Positions 1 to 11,949 of a DNA stretch of 64,000 nt are shown here, in pieces. The position numbers and the translations under genes were made by a program. The stretch is from the NCBI RefSeq assembly GCF_963921235.1, contig NC_086097.1, positions 65,412,001 to 65,476,000 of the forward strand, given 5' to 3'. Origin of the DNA: Mobula hypostoma. Taxonomy: Eukaryota. Position 1 is the stretch's first letter. Every line of letters begins with the position of its first letter. The notes under the pieces are model-generated. The model was not told the origin of the DNA. It was given only the letters and a program-made list of their open reading frames with translations, and did no database searches.

Positions 1-1088
1 TTTGGGAAGTACTACTTCTGACTACCTGTGTGATAACATCATCACACAAGGTGACCAGAACAAGTGTGGTTTGAAGGCCCAACTACAGCATAGCCCCTCA
101 CCATCGAGTTTGGAGATGGCTTCATCTTGCAAGTTGGTCTTGGGAGAAGCACAGTCAATGTGATCCATCTTGTAGCAAATCAGACAACAGCATGGACTGA
201 TTGTTATTGACCGGAACTAAAGGGCCATGATAAGTTTTCTGAAATCATTTCACCTGATTTGTACTTAAGTGAAAAAACAAAATTTTGCACTAAGATGTTG
301 CTAAAATAATTCGAATCAACAAGTATTTAGAGATGGGGGGTTTTACTGGGGTGATTGAGGTTTACTCAAAATGCTAAATTTGTTCGTCCATGGTAATGAT
401 GCAATTCCACAAGATAATCTAAGATTAGAGCACAGCTGCATCAACATCTAGTTTTTAATTAGTTATGGCTGCACTCTACAGCCTCGACTAATGGTACTCA
501 AAAAAAGTTTGATTGAAATCACAATTATTTTGTGCATCTTGCAGCACTTAATCTTTTTTCTATTAAATGCAAACAATTTTACCAGATAAAAGAAAATTAT
601 AACTTAATGGTATGAGCAAACATGATCTGACTATTCACAGATGCTGAACTATACTCAATCATTGGGCTTCACATCCTTTCAAAACAATTTCTGACGAGGC
701 AATATATATTTGTCTTTGCAAATGTTGCCACAAGTCATGTTGCCTGACTTTAGTACTTTCTGTCTTCTAAATTTTTTTTAAACTAGTAGCAGGTTACAAG
801 TAATTCTGCTTGGGGAGAAATAAATCTAAATGCCCAATCATTCCTAAATAGCAGGATATTCTAAATGAATCTGGAACAGATGTTGATTTTGCTTTGCAGC
901 AGACACCAACAACTGAATATCCTGATCGTGCTAGTAATTCATAAATTCATCATGAAGAACAATGATCACAGCTACATTTATTCAATACTTAAAGAACAGG
1001 AATTCCGCAGATGCTGGAAATTCAAGCAACACACATCAAAGTTGCTGGTGAACGCAGCAGGCCAGGCAGCATCTCTAGGAAGAGGTAC

Positions 1089-1124
1089 AGTCGACGTTTC
1101 AGGCCAAGACCCTTCGTCAGGATT
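1089..1124 (-). ncRNA. Minimal type I hammerhead ribozyme in pLTR (stem I mismatch)
   Basis: Minus strand AATC-CTGACGA-AGGGTCTTGGCCT-GAAA-CG-TC-GACT. Confidence 0.8.
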
Positions 1125-1414
1125 AACTGAAGGAAGAGTTAGTAAGAGATTTGAAAGTGGGAGGGGGAGGGGGAGATCCAAAATGATAGGAGAAGACAGG
1201 AGGAGGAGGGATGGAGCCAAGAGCTGGACAGGTGATAGGCAAAAGGGATATGAGAGGATCATGGAACAGGAGGCCCAGGGAGGAAGACAAGGTGGGGGGG
1301 GGGGGAACCAGAGGATGGGCAAGGGGTATAGTCAGAGGGAGAAAAAGGAGAGTGAGGGAAAGAATGTGTGTGTAAAAATAAATAACAGATGGGGTACGAG
1401 GGGGAGGTGGGGCA

Positions 1415-1804
1415 TTAGCGGAAGTTAGAGAAGTCAATATTCATGCCATCAGGTTGGAGGCTACCCAGACGGAATATAAGGTGTTGTTCCTCCAACCTGA
1501 GTGTGGCTTCATCTTTACAGTAGAGGAGGCCGTGGATAGACATGTCAGAATGGGAATGGGATGTGGAATTAAAATGTGTGGCCACTGGGAGATCCTGCTT
1601 TCTCTGGCGGACAGAGCGTAGGTGTTCAGCAAAGCAGTCTCCCAGTCTGCGTCGGGTCTCACCAATGTATAGAAGGCCACATCGGGAGCACCGGACGCAG
1701 TATATCACCCCAGCCGACTCACAGGTGAAGTGTCGCCTCACCTGGAAGGACTGTTTGGGGCCCTGAATGGTGTAAGGGAGGAAGTGTAAGTGCATGTGTA
1801 GCAC
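1415..1804 (-). pseudogene. Penelope GIY-YIG endonuclease domain (ORF C-terminus, frameshifted from RT)
   Basis: GVIYCVRCSRCGLLYIGETRRRL...EHLRSV...VATHFNSTSH...EQHLIFRLGSLQPDGMN matches the PLE GIY-YIG pattern. Confidence 0.92.
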
Positions 1805-2344
1805 TTGTTCCGCTTACAAGGATAAGTGCCAGGAGGGAGATCAGTGGGGAGGGATGGGGGGGACGAATGGACAAGAGAGTCACGTAGGGAGCGATCCCTG
1901 CGGAAAGCAGAGACGGGCGGGAGGGAAAGATGTGCTCAGTGGTGGGATCCCGCTGGAGGTGGTGGAATTTACGGAGAATAATATGTTGGACCCAGAGGCT
2001 GGTGGGGTGGTAGGTGAGGACCAGGGGAACCCTATTCCTAGTGGGGTGGCGGGAGGATGGAGTGAGAGCAGATGTGCGTGAAATGGGGTAGATGCGTTTG
2101 AGAGCAGAGTTGATGGTGGAGGAAGGGAAGCCCCTTTAAAAAAGGAGGAAATCTCCCTCATCCTGGAATGAAAAGCCTCATCCTGAGAGCAGATGCAGCG
2201 GAAACAGAGGAATTGCGAGAAGGGGATGGCATTTTTGCAAGAGACAGGGTGAGAAGAGGAATAGTCCAGGTAGATGTGAGAGTCGGTAGGCTTATAGTAG
2301 AAATCAGTGGATAAGCTGTCTCCAGAGATAGAGACAGAAAGATC

Positions 2345-2855
2345 TAGAAAGGGGAGGGAGGTGTCAGAAATGGACCAGGTAAACTTGAGGGCAGGGTGAA
2401 AGTTGGAGGAAAGTTAATAAAGTCAATGAGCTCAGCATGTGCAGGAAGCAGCGCCAATGCAGTCGTTGATGTAGCGAAGGAAAAGTGGGGGACGGATACC
2501 AGAATAGGTACGGAACATAGATTGTTCCACAAAGCCAACAAAAAGACAGGCATAGCTAGGACCCATACGGGTGCCCATAGCTACACCTTTAGTTTGGAGG
2601 AAGTGGGAGGAGCCAAAGGAGAAATTATTAAGAGTAAGGACTAATTCCACTAGACGGAGCAGAGCAGTGGTAGAGGGGAACTGATTAGGTCTGGAATCCA
2701 AAAAGAAGCGGAGAGCTTTGAGACCTTCCTGATGGGGGATGGAGATATATAGGGACTGGACATCCATGGTGAAAATAAAGCGGTGGGGGCCAGGGAACTT
2801 AAAATCATCGAAAAGTTTAAGAGCGTGAGAAGTGTCACGAACATAGGTAGGAAGT
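2345..2855 (-). pseudogene. Penelope reverse transcriptase core fragment, inactive
   Basis: [29 protein letters not shown] and RYINDC (expected YIDD, so a catalytic Asp is replaced by Asn); frameshifts downstream. Confidence 0.92.
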
Positions 2856-3329
2856 GTAAGGGCATGTGTAGCACTTGTTCCGCTTACAAGGATAAGTGCC
2901 AGGAGGGAGATCAGTGGGGAGGGATGGGGGGGACGAATGGACAAGGGAGTCGCGTAAGGAGCGATCCCTGCGGAAAGCAGAGAGAGGGGGGAGGGAAAGA
3001 TGTGCTTAGTGGTGGGATCCCGTTGAAGGTGGCGGAAGTTACGGAGAATAATATGTTGGACCCAGAGGCTGGTGGGGTGGTAGGTAAGGCCCTTCTACTC
3101 CTGCCCAAGATCCACAAACCTGCCTGTCCTGGCAGACCTATTGTCTCAGCTTGCTCCTGCCCCACCGAACTCGTTTCTGCATACCTCGACATGGTTTTAT
3201 CCCCCCTTGTTCAATCTCTCCCTACCTATGTTCTTGGCTCCATCCCTCCCCCTCCTGTCTTCTCCTATCATTTTGGATCTCCCCCTCCCCCTCCCACTTT
3301 CAAATCTCTTACTAACTCTTCCTTCAGTT

Positions 3330-3365
3330 AGTCCTGACGAAGGGTCTCGGCCTGAAACGTCGACT
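3330..3365 (+). ncRNA. Minimal type I hammerhead ribozyme in pLTR (core intact)
   Basis: AGTC-CTGACGA-AGG(GTCTCGG)CCT-GAAA-CG-TC-GACT: stem I AGTC/GACT, stem II AGG/CCT, loopless palindromic stem III (ACGT), GUC cleavage triplet. Confidence 0.9.
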
Positions 3366-3985
3366 GTACCTCTTCCTAGAGATGCTGCCTGGCCTGCTGC
3401 GTTCACCAGCAACTTTGATGTGTGTTGCTTATTCAATACTTGATGATTTTAATATCAATGAATGTATCAACTGCACAGCAAATTACAATCCAGGACAGCA
3501 TTACTGAAATGACACTTTCAGAATATATCTAATGATTCCTTCTAACGACATTGTTGTGGGGGGGGGGGTTCCAGAATTCACTGCCCACCCCTTGCTTTTT
3601 TTGAGAAAATGCCTGTAAGCCATCCTTTTGTTTGCTGCAAACCATTTTGATAAGTGTTGTTTGATGAGGAGTTTCAAGACTTTGACCTTGGTACAATTAA
3701 GGATAAATGGTAACTTAGGGATGTGCTTGGGTGCCACTGTTGGAGAAGCTCTCCATGAATTGCTCTATTGCATCTCACGGATGATACCCAAAATCTAACA
3801 GGTGCCATCGATGTTTGAGTTGGTTAATGGACTGATGAAGACTTCTTTGTCTTAGTATAATTTTCCTGAGAATTATTTTAGACATTCTGACATTAAATGC
3901 CAAGACAGTTCAATACAGACTAGTCATGGCAAACTGTTGTCTCCTGTGTTACTGCAAAAAAATACTTAAGTTTTGACCAGATGCT

Positions 3986-4453
3986 CTCTCTCTCTGGCTA
4001 TCCATCCCATAGAATGATGATGGTTCCTTTCAGTCAGTTCATGGGGTGGTACCCCACTCCTCAGAAAGGAACTGCGTGTGTGTGAGTGGATTTTAGGTGA
4101 GTAGGGGGTTGCACAGGTCCAGACCTACCCTCTTGACATCCCCTCCCGGATCCAGCGGCATGGTAGGGTGCAAGACAGCTGGGAGAAGTTCTGCTGCCGT
4201 GAATGGCCAGACCAAGCTTCGATGCAAGGGATGCCCTTTCCGCACTTCACGGCACGTGTTTGTTTGATGGCCATTGACCCTATGAGAAGGTTCATCCACC
4301 CTTTGACTGGTAATGTTTTTCGTCCCGCAGGGTGTCTAGCCACCCTCCTCACTAGGCAAGCCTGGTGGGGGAGCCGCTTTAGTCGCCAACCACCCGACCA
4401 TGCGACAGGTAGTACCGGGTTACATGGTACCAGTGGCACTCAGACGAGTGACC
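3986..4453 (-). mobile_element. Non-autonomous non-LTR retroelement (RTE-like 5'UTR derivative) with (AG)n tail
   Basis: 12-bp TSD TGACCA(G/A)ATGCT (3974-3985 / 4454-4465); GC-rich relative to flanks; (CT)n at the left end is the 3' tail on minus; no recognisable ORF. RTE affinity is inference. Confidence 0.75.
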
Positions 4454-4919
4454 TGACCAAATGCTATGAAAGACACAAAATGTTTTTCTTAAATAATAAA
4501 TCACCAACTTCAAAATTCCCATCAAAAGGCAAATGCAGTAAATATTGAGCAAATAACAGATTCCTTAACTATTTATGTACACTTCCAAACTGTTTGATTT
4601 GGCATAAATTTACCAGTCTGCATGACTTAACTGTACAAGACAAAGTAAATGCAAGAGATCAGCTATCAACATTTCCAATATTGGCAGCATCGCTTCAGTT
4701 TAATACTTATCATTTTATTGCACATTTTTAGTAATAAATAACAATCCCTCAGTTTAGTAAACAGTATAAAATATTACAGAAGCATGGGAATTACTAAAAT
4801 GTACATTATGCTTGTAGACTAAATCTAACCAAGCCCTGTTCAAGATTAGTCCATTAATGACCATAATCTTTTTATCATCTTGTTAAAGAATCAAATTATC
4901 CAAGTACATTTTGGCATTG

Positions 4920-5050
4920 TTAGTGGCTTAGAAATTTGCCTCCTGTGTCAGAAATTTGCAGAGACGAATGCATCAATAATTCAGTGCCTTCCTGATTGAT
5001 GCAGGATTGCCAGAAGTGCTTTCTCATGGATCGAATATTAAACAAAGGCT
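4920..5050 (+). repeat. Highly decayed Deu-domain SINE remnant
   Basis: Weak similarity to the Deu core and to the better copy at 14.4 kb. Confidence 0.35.
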
Positions 5051-5424
5051 TGATATTCTTAACTTATGTGGACAAAAATTTTTCCCACAGATCTTGTTCC
5101 AAGAGGATCAGTAAAGTTAGTTCCAACATCCCGATTAATATAAATTCCAACAATTTTGGTTAATATTAATTCCTCAATCAACATCATTAAAATAGATTAC
5201 AAAATACAAACCAATGGAGGAACTCAGTGGGTCAAGTAGTCTCTACACAGCAAAACAAAAACTGCTGGGAGAAAATAAGAGTTCTTGCAACAGTTTGTTT
5301 CTTTATTCCAAATTCTTTGCTCTGCAGTCTCCTTTGTCCCACTAAAAGTAATCTATCTATTATTGTTCAGAAGTTGCACCTAAATTGGCTCCTGCATTTC
5401 TGAATTACAACAATACTAACATCC

Positions 5425-6125
5425 TCTCCAAGTTAATCAAATCAGCTTCAAGTCCTCGGCCTCAATACCTCCTTGTGCAACTGGATTCTCAACTTTCTCA
5501 CTTGCAGACGCCAGTCATTACAGATTGGCAATAACATCTCCTCCAAAATCTTCCTCACCACAAAGCTGTGTGCTTCGCTCCTGGCTCTACTCGCTTTATA
5601 TTGATATTTATATGACTGTAAGGCTAAGCACAGCACAAATGCTACATTTAAGTTTGCCAACAACACCAATGTCATTGGCTGAATCAAGGGTGCAACAAAT
5701 CAGTTTATAGGAGGGAGACTGATAATTGGGCTGAGTGGTGCCACAACCACAAAATGTCACTCAATATCATCAAGACTAAGTAGATGATTGTTGACTTCAG
5801 GAGGAGGAAACCAAAGTCCTTAAGTCAGTCCTCAGCAGGGGATCAGAGGTGGGGAGGGTCAGCAACTTTAAGTTCCTCAATGTTATCATTTCAGAGACTC
5901 TGTCCTGGGTCCAGCACATAAGTGCCATTACAAAGAAAGGACAGCAGCACCTCTACGTTCATAGAAATTTGCAACGATGTGGCATGTCATCTAAAACTTT
6001 GATACTTCTATAGACATGTGGCAAGAAGTATATTGACCGGTTGCATCACAGCCGAGTATGGAAACACCAATTCCCTGTACAGAAAAGCCTACAAAAGAGT
6101 AGTGGATACAGCCAAGTATGTGGGA
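5425..6125 (+). mobile_element. Degenerate Rex1/Babar-type LINE RT fragment
   Basis: Remnants of WILNFL, KFA(DD)T, K(A)QQ(R)LY and SILTGCIT motifs with stops and frameshifts. Confidence 0.8.
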
Positions 6126-6647
6126 TACTGTACAATGGAAAAGCAAAAAATTTTCTTCCTGTACGTGACCTTTTACATCTCTCACAGATATAACAAAAGT
6201 GACTATTAAGATATTCATTTTCCTGTAAACTACTATTAAATATTAGTTCAGAAAGCAAAACCTATGACAAATGAAGGCTGACAAAAAATAATGATCTTGG
6301 TCATCTTTTACAGGGTGGTCCCACATAGAGATAACTGTGAGATATTGTTTTGTGCTGAATTTTAAGTACTTTGAAGTGGAAGCCCATGCCTTGTTACCAG
6401 GCAGGAAGAAAGAAATATTGGTCATTTTCTGTTGATAACTTAACAAAGTTCTATTTGAGATATATTCACCCATATATTCCTAAATCAATTGTTTTAGTCT
6501 TATAAAACAAGTTATAATAACAAATAGTCCATATATTATGTTTCAAAACTCATTAAAATTCTCTGTAGCAAATCATTATTGAAACTATTAGAAGCCATGA
6601 TTAGACAACAGGGAAGTCTTTTGCCATTGTGAATCATGGATCTGATA

Positions 6648-7271
6648 TGATTATGATTATGAGGACATGCACCCTTTTATTGTCATTTAACAAATGATAA
6701 AATGTTTTTCCAGAATATCACAAAAAACACATGACAAACCGACTTAAAAACTAACAAAAACCACATAATTATAACATATAGTTACAACAGTGCAAAGCAA
6801 TACCGTAATTTGATAAGAACAGATCATGGCACAGTACAAGTCTCAAAGTCTCTCGAAAGTCCCATCATCTCACGCAGACGGTAAACCTTCAACGCCGCCA
6901 ACTTGCTGGTGCAGCATCCTGGAAGCATCCAACAACAGTCCGACTCAGAGTCCGTCCGAAAAAATCCAAGCCTCCCACCACCTATTCGACTCTGAGCACC
7001 AAGCACCATCTCTGCCGAGTGTTTCGACCCCAGCCCCAGCAACAGGCGATACACAAAGCCAAGGATTAGGGGCCTTCGTCTCCGGAGATTCTCGATCGCA
7101 CAGTAGCAGCGGCAGCGAAGCAGGCATTTCAGAAGTTACTTCAGATGTTCCTCTGCGCTTCTCACGGCTGTCTCCATCAAATCCGGATTGTACACGGCCC
7201 CTAGTTACACATACTATATCATTCGGAACGGCCGCGCGCACTACATCGCACCATCTTCTCCTCCCTCCTCC
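6648..7271 (-). mobile_element. Non-autonomous LINE derivative (GC-rich head joined to a short tandem tail)
   Basis: (ATGATT)n at the left end is the 3' tail on minus; CpG-rich head starting GGAGGAGAAGATGG; possible 6-bp TSD CTGATA (6642-6647 / 7272-7277). Confidence 0.6.
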
Positions 7272-8256
7272 CTGATAAGAACTTCCGAATGAAATTGTGT
7301 GTTAGACAAGAATTATTAAATATGAAATTAATAACATAGGATCAGACCCTGATGATTTTAACCAGTAATTATTTTGTTGAAATGTGATGCTCATCACATT
7401 CAGCACGTGCTTCTCTGCACTACAACATGGAAGTACAGAATGTCCTGAAGATCAGAAGTCACTGGATCTGGACTCCATTTCCAATTCTGAACTCAGCACT
7501 AAACCAACAATAAAAAAAATCCTAACTATACTGAGCTGAGTGGTAAAAAGATGCTTTACATTCAGCCTCTCAGCTTTATTTTCGCCATAACCACAATCCC
7601 ATTCACTGGAACAGGATCACCAATCTTCATTGAGAGAGTAGGTGAGGCTAGGTGCATTTTTAACTTTTTCTGAAAGGAGACACACATGTACAAACAGTAC
7701 AGAAATCCTACTGACAGCACATAGTGCAAGAATGCAGCCATGGGACCTGATGACTAAGGCATGTCATTGCTTATGGGTCACACCATAACACGGGACAATT
7801 GGATCAGAATACCTTCAGGATGTGGACACAAAGGCCATTTGTTTGAATTCAAAAGTTGGCCTGAGGGATCTCATAGGAGACAGATATAAGGTGTTGGCGG
7901 AGTCAAGCATAATCTAATTCAATGTCTACATCTATCAAGTCAACATTATTGACTTTAATTGTTTTCACTTAACTTAATGCAAGCAAAATTACCATTTTCT
8001 ATAACGAACAAGCAACAGATTTTGCCCATGCAAAATCAGACGCTATTGTAATGGCAGATTGAATTCTACTTCTATTATAATACAACATAATTTGACTCTT
8101 TGAATATGTGCAAATCAGCATTTGATCTCAGCCTTTATCAAAAATACCTTTCTTGGGGGAAAAAACCAGCAGATTATAAGATTTTTCCATGACAAGACAT
8201 TTGCCAATTTCTATTTTGACAGTGCTTAAGATAAACTAATGGTCTATAACAAACTG

Positions 8257-9275
8257 GACTACAACAGGAATCTAAACAAATCCTTAAAGAAATGGGGATG
8301 CCTGGACATCTGATCTGCCTTATGAGAAACTTGTACAAAGATCAAGAAGCAACAGTTAGGACTAAATACGAAACAAAAACTGGTTCAAGATTGGGAAAAG
8401 AGTACGACAAGGCTGCATACTGTCACTCTACTTATTTAATCTATATGCTGAACACATCATGGGGAATGCTGGTCTCGAGGACTCAAATGTTGGAATCAAA
8501 ATTGCTGGATGAAATATTAACAACCTCAGATGATACTACTCTAATGGGTGAGAGTGAGGAAGATCTGAGGAAGCTTCTAATCAAAGTAAAAGACGAAAGT
8601 GCTGGCTTGTTGCTCAATATTAAGAAAACCAAGATTATGTCGACCAGCCCTATTAACTCCGTGGTAATAAATGAAAAGGAAGTGGAAGCAATGACGGATT
8701 TTGTCTTTCTTGGTTTAAAGATTTCTATAGATGGTAACTGCAGCCACGAAATTAAACGGCGCTTACTTCTGAGAAAGGCAGCAATGGCAAATTTAGATAA
8801 AATACAGAAGACCAGAGTTATAGCATTGTCTACAAAGGTCCGTATAGTCAAGACTATGATATTTCCAGTTGTGATGTATAGCTGTGAGAGCTGAACTATT
8901 AGTAAGGCTGAGTACAAAAGAATTGACATCTTTGAACTTGGCTGCTGGAGGAAAGTGTTAAGAGTCCGTTGGACAGCATGAAGGTACAACAAGTCAATAT
9001 TTCAAGAAATACAGCCAGACTGCTCACTGGGAGTGAAAATATTTTGGCCACATCATGAAAAGGCATGATTCCTTGGAGAAGACTCTCATGTTAGGTAAAA
9101 CAGAAAGTAAAAGATGGAGAGAACAACAGAGGCTACGATGGATAGATAATATTACTCAGACAATGTGTATGACCTTGGAGGATCTTAGAGAGGCAGTTTC
9201 CAACAAGAAGGCTTGGTGTGTAGGAGTCCATGAGGTCATGAAGAGTCGGACTCCACTTAACAACTGAATAACAAC
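8257..9275 (+). mobile_element. BovB-like RTE LINE, 5'-truncated and frameshifted
   Basis: MGMPGHLICLMRNLY..QEATVRT, DDTTLMGESEEDL, LNIKKTKIM, CSHEIKRRLLL, FPVVMYSCES, DSLEKTLMLG, KSRT; 11-bp TSD ATAACAAACTG (8246-8256 / 9276-9286); (AAC)n-like tail. Confidence 0.92.
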
Positions 9276-9714
9276 ATAACAAACTGTACATCTCCACAAC
9301 AAACAAGTGTTCAAACATTTTTTGATAAATCTAGATATTTAATTCTTTTATCATTAATGTTTTATATGCTTTCTTGGTTATGAACGTCAAAGAAAACTTA
9401 TTAAGTGGGTTATCAAATCAAAGCTGCTGGATTACAAATGGAAGCCTCTAATTAAAGAACAGAAAAAGTTGATAGTTTAAGGTGAAGAACAATGGGAGGA
9501 AGTTCATGCCAAACAAAAAAAATCAGTATGGAACTTTGATGTAATGGACCTTTTCTAGGCTGAATGGCCTGTTTCCATGCTGCAAACAATTTTTACTTTG
9601 GAATAAACAAAGAATAAGAAAGCTTTTCACAACTGTTTTAAATTAGCGTGAAAGCACACTGTGCATACAAATGAGAAAAATCTCAATTCAAATTCAATCA
9701 AATTAAGTCAGTCA

Positions 9715-10078
9715 GTATAAAAAGGCTGTAAAATTATGAAAGGGATAGATAAGATAAAGGCAGGAAAGTTGCTTCCACTGGTGGGCGGGACTAGAACTAG
9801 GAGACATAGCTTCAAGATTTGGGGGAGTAGATTTAGGATGGAGATGAGGAGGAACTGCTTTTCCTACAGAGTGGTGAATCTGTGAAATTCTCTGCCCAAC
9901 GACGTAATGGAGGCTACCTCAGTAAATATATTGACAAGGTTAGATAGATTTTTGCATGGTAGGGGAATTAAGGGTTATGGGGAAAAGGCAGGTAGGTAGA
10001 GATGAGTCCGTTGCCAGATCAGCCATGATCTTATTGAATGGTGAAGGAGGCTCAACAGGCCAGATAGCCTACTTCTGT
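9715..10078 (+). mobile_element. CR1 LINE 3' fragment
   Basis: YKIMKGIDK, SRFRMEMRRNCFS(Q)RVVNL and a CR1-type 3'UTR ending GCCTACTTCTG. Confidence 0.85.
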
Positions 10079-11949
10079 ATAACAGAAAATGGTAATGCTT
10101 GAACACTAGAACAGAAAGTCTTTCTTTCAGAAAATTTATCTTTATGAGCTTGTTATTGAGGTATTTAAAATTTGGATGCTTAAAGTTCCAGAACTTAAGC
10201 ATATTCATGGTTAAAGGAACTTTTCCAAATCAAATTGATCTTCCATTATCAATATGTTGGTGCCATTATTCTGTGTCAGTACCCCATTTTGGGATTGTGT
10301 GATAGGAGAGAAAGTATTTATGCTACTGTGCTGCCCCCACTCAAATTTCATTGTAGACAGCCTAACTGATTAATGGTATACCAAGCACTCTTGTATTTTT
10401 GGTCATGTTAATACCCAAATACATCATTGCTATCACTATTCTACATATGCAGCATACAAGTAGAGAGGTATCACTGCATTAGAGATCAGGACAGGGATAT
10501 AATTTATGTACGTTTATTCATCTGTTGTTCTTTCAGTCAAAATGAATATCAGAGAATCAGTTAGGAAGAAAAGCAGATACAACCCGGCTGATTTAACCAC
10601 AAATGAAACAGTTAGAAAGCAAGTCAAATTAACATAAAAGGCAATCCTTTATTGTCCTGACTGTTTTAAGAAGAAAAGCAGACTACTTCTGAGTAGTAAC
10701 CATAGGTTAAATAAAAGGAGGAAATACTAATTAATTGGGTTTGGTCTACAACAAATGTTTCTGCAGTGCAAATCTAAAGCATATTATTTGGATTCCGGTT
10801 TTACTTTCTGTATTTCCTGAACCAGACGTTTCCTATGGTCATCTATTTTTGGTAACCACTGAATGATCAGTAGGGGAAATTATTCAGTATGTATCTTTGT
10901 AATCATCTTATCCATCCTTCATGTGCAACATTGGTGTGTTTGAATTATTTACAGGGTATGTTTCTTGGTTAAAGAAGTATACACTTTGGGAAAAATTACA
11001 GAATTATGTAAAACAAAAATTAATAATTTGCAACATGCAAGAACTTCATGTTTCCTCCAAGGCTAGTGATCATCAGTCCTTATTTACCTTACAGTAACTC
11101 CCTGAAATGTCAATTATATACAGGGCATACAACGATGTGAGAACAGAGTTTAAAAAAACAGGATTAGCTTCAGAAGTTTGTGAAAATGCGAACTCAGACA
11201 CAATGAAATGGAGGGGAAGTGGTTCATTAATTAAAGTCAAGGGTGATGCAAATTGGCTGCTGTCTACCAGAAAGGTTTGTAAAACAAGAACATCACCAGG
11301 AGATTTAGCAAGGTCGGGGTGGATCAGGGTGAGGTGATCAGCAGGTGTCAGCAATGAAATGTTATTCATTCTTTTCATTCTGCCATTAGGTGCTTGTTGA
11401 AGCATTGAGGGGAACAAGCATAGGTTGCAAGGAATCAGGAAGAGCACCACACAGAATCTCAATTTTGTGGTAACATAAGAAATTAAGGGAGCAAACTAGT
11501 GCAGTGGAGTTGTCAGGAAACAATGCAGGCTCATGACTGGGATGCAGGGGTGTGGTGGATAGATCCAAGGGAGAGCCACAGTGATGGGTAAAAATCTTAC
11601 TTTAAGGTCACTAGTCTAATCAGCTATGCATGCCATGGGCAAGTTCAGAAGTACTGTGGAGATCTGTGGTCTCCATAGATATCCTAGACCATTCTGGGGC
11701 ACACTTGCAGTGATTAAAATCAAAAGCACTGCAATCCACAATGTTTCCTCCATATATCATGCTTCAGATGAACAAGGAACATTTGGAGTAAATGAACGGG
11801 AAGGATATATAAACAGTTGTGTCTGCCTGTAATTAGAGGAAGAGGAGAGAAAAATAAGAAGAAGTTGTAATCGAAGGCTTTTATCTAAATACACACAGCA
11901 TTCATTACAAAGGCTACAAAGAAGTAGCATCAGTTTGAATGGAGAAAGA

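Larger units (their letters stand above)
991..3428 (-). mobile_element. Penelope-like retroelement (Neptune type), rearranged copy with inverted pLTRs
   Basis: 13-bp TSD TTATTCAATACTT (978-990 / 3429-3441); 199-bp inverted repeats (1024-1222 / 3232-3430); minus-strand RT motifs, Cys linker (CKRNKCYTC near 1795-1820) and GIY-YIG endonuclease. Confidence 0.95.

Noticed and set aside
865..1428. 187-aa plus ORF and other ORFs containing DEGSRPETST...RDAAWPAAFTSNFDV or HTSKLLVNAAGQAAS
   Set aside because: Translations of the non-coding pLTR/hammerhead region in either orientation; recurrence reflects repeat copies, not a protein family.
2783..3331. 182-aa apparent fusion ORF
   Set aside because: Chance read-through of rearrangement junctions (antisense linker, sense RT piece, pLTR).
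6826..7275. 149-aa Ser/Pro-rich ORF or CpG-island promoter
   Set aside because: Lies antisense within a GC-rich non-autonomous retroelement.
11073..11832. 129-aa minus ORF ending at a GTAAAT donor
   Set aside because: No recognisable domain or good acceptor; more likely a very old LINE remnant or chance ORF.
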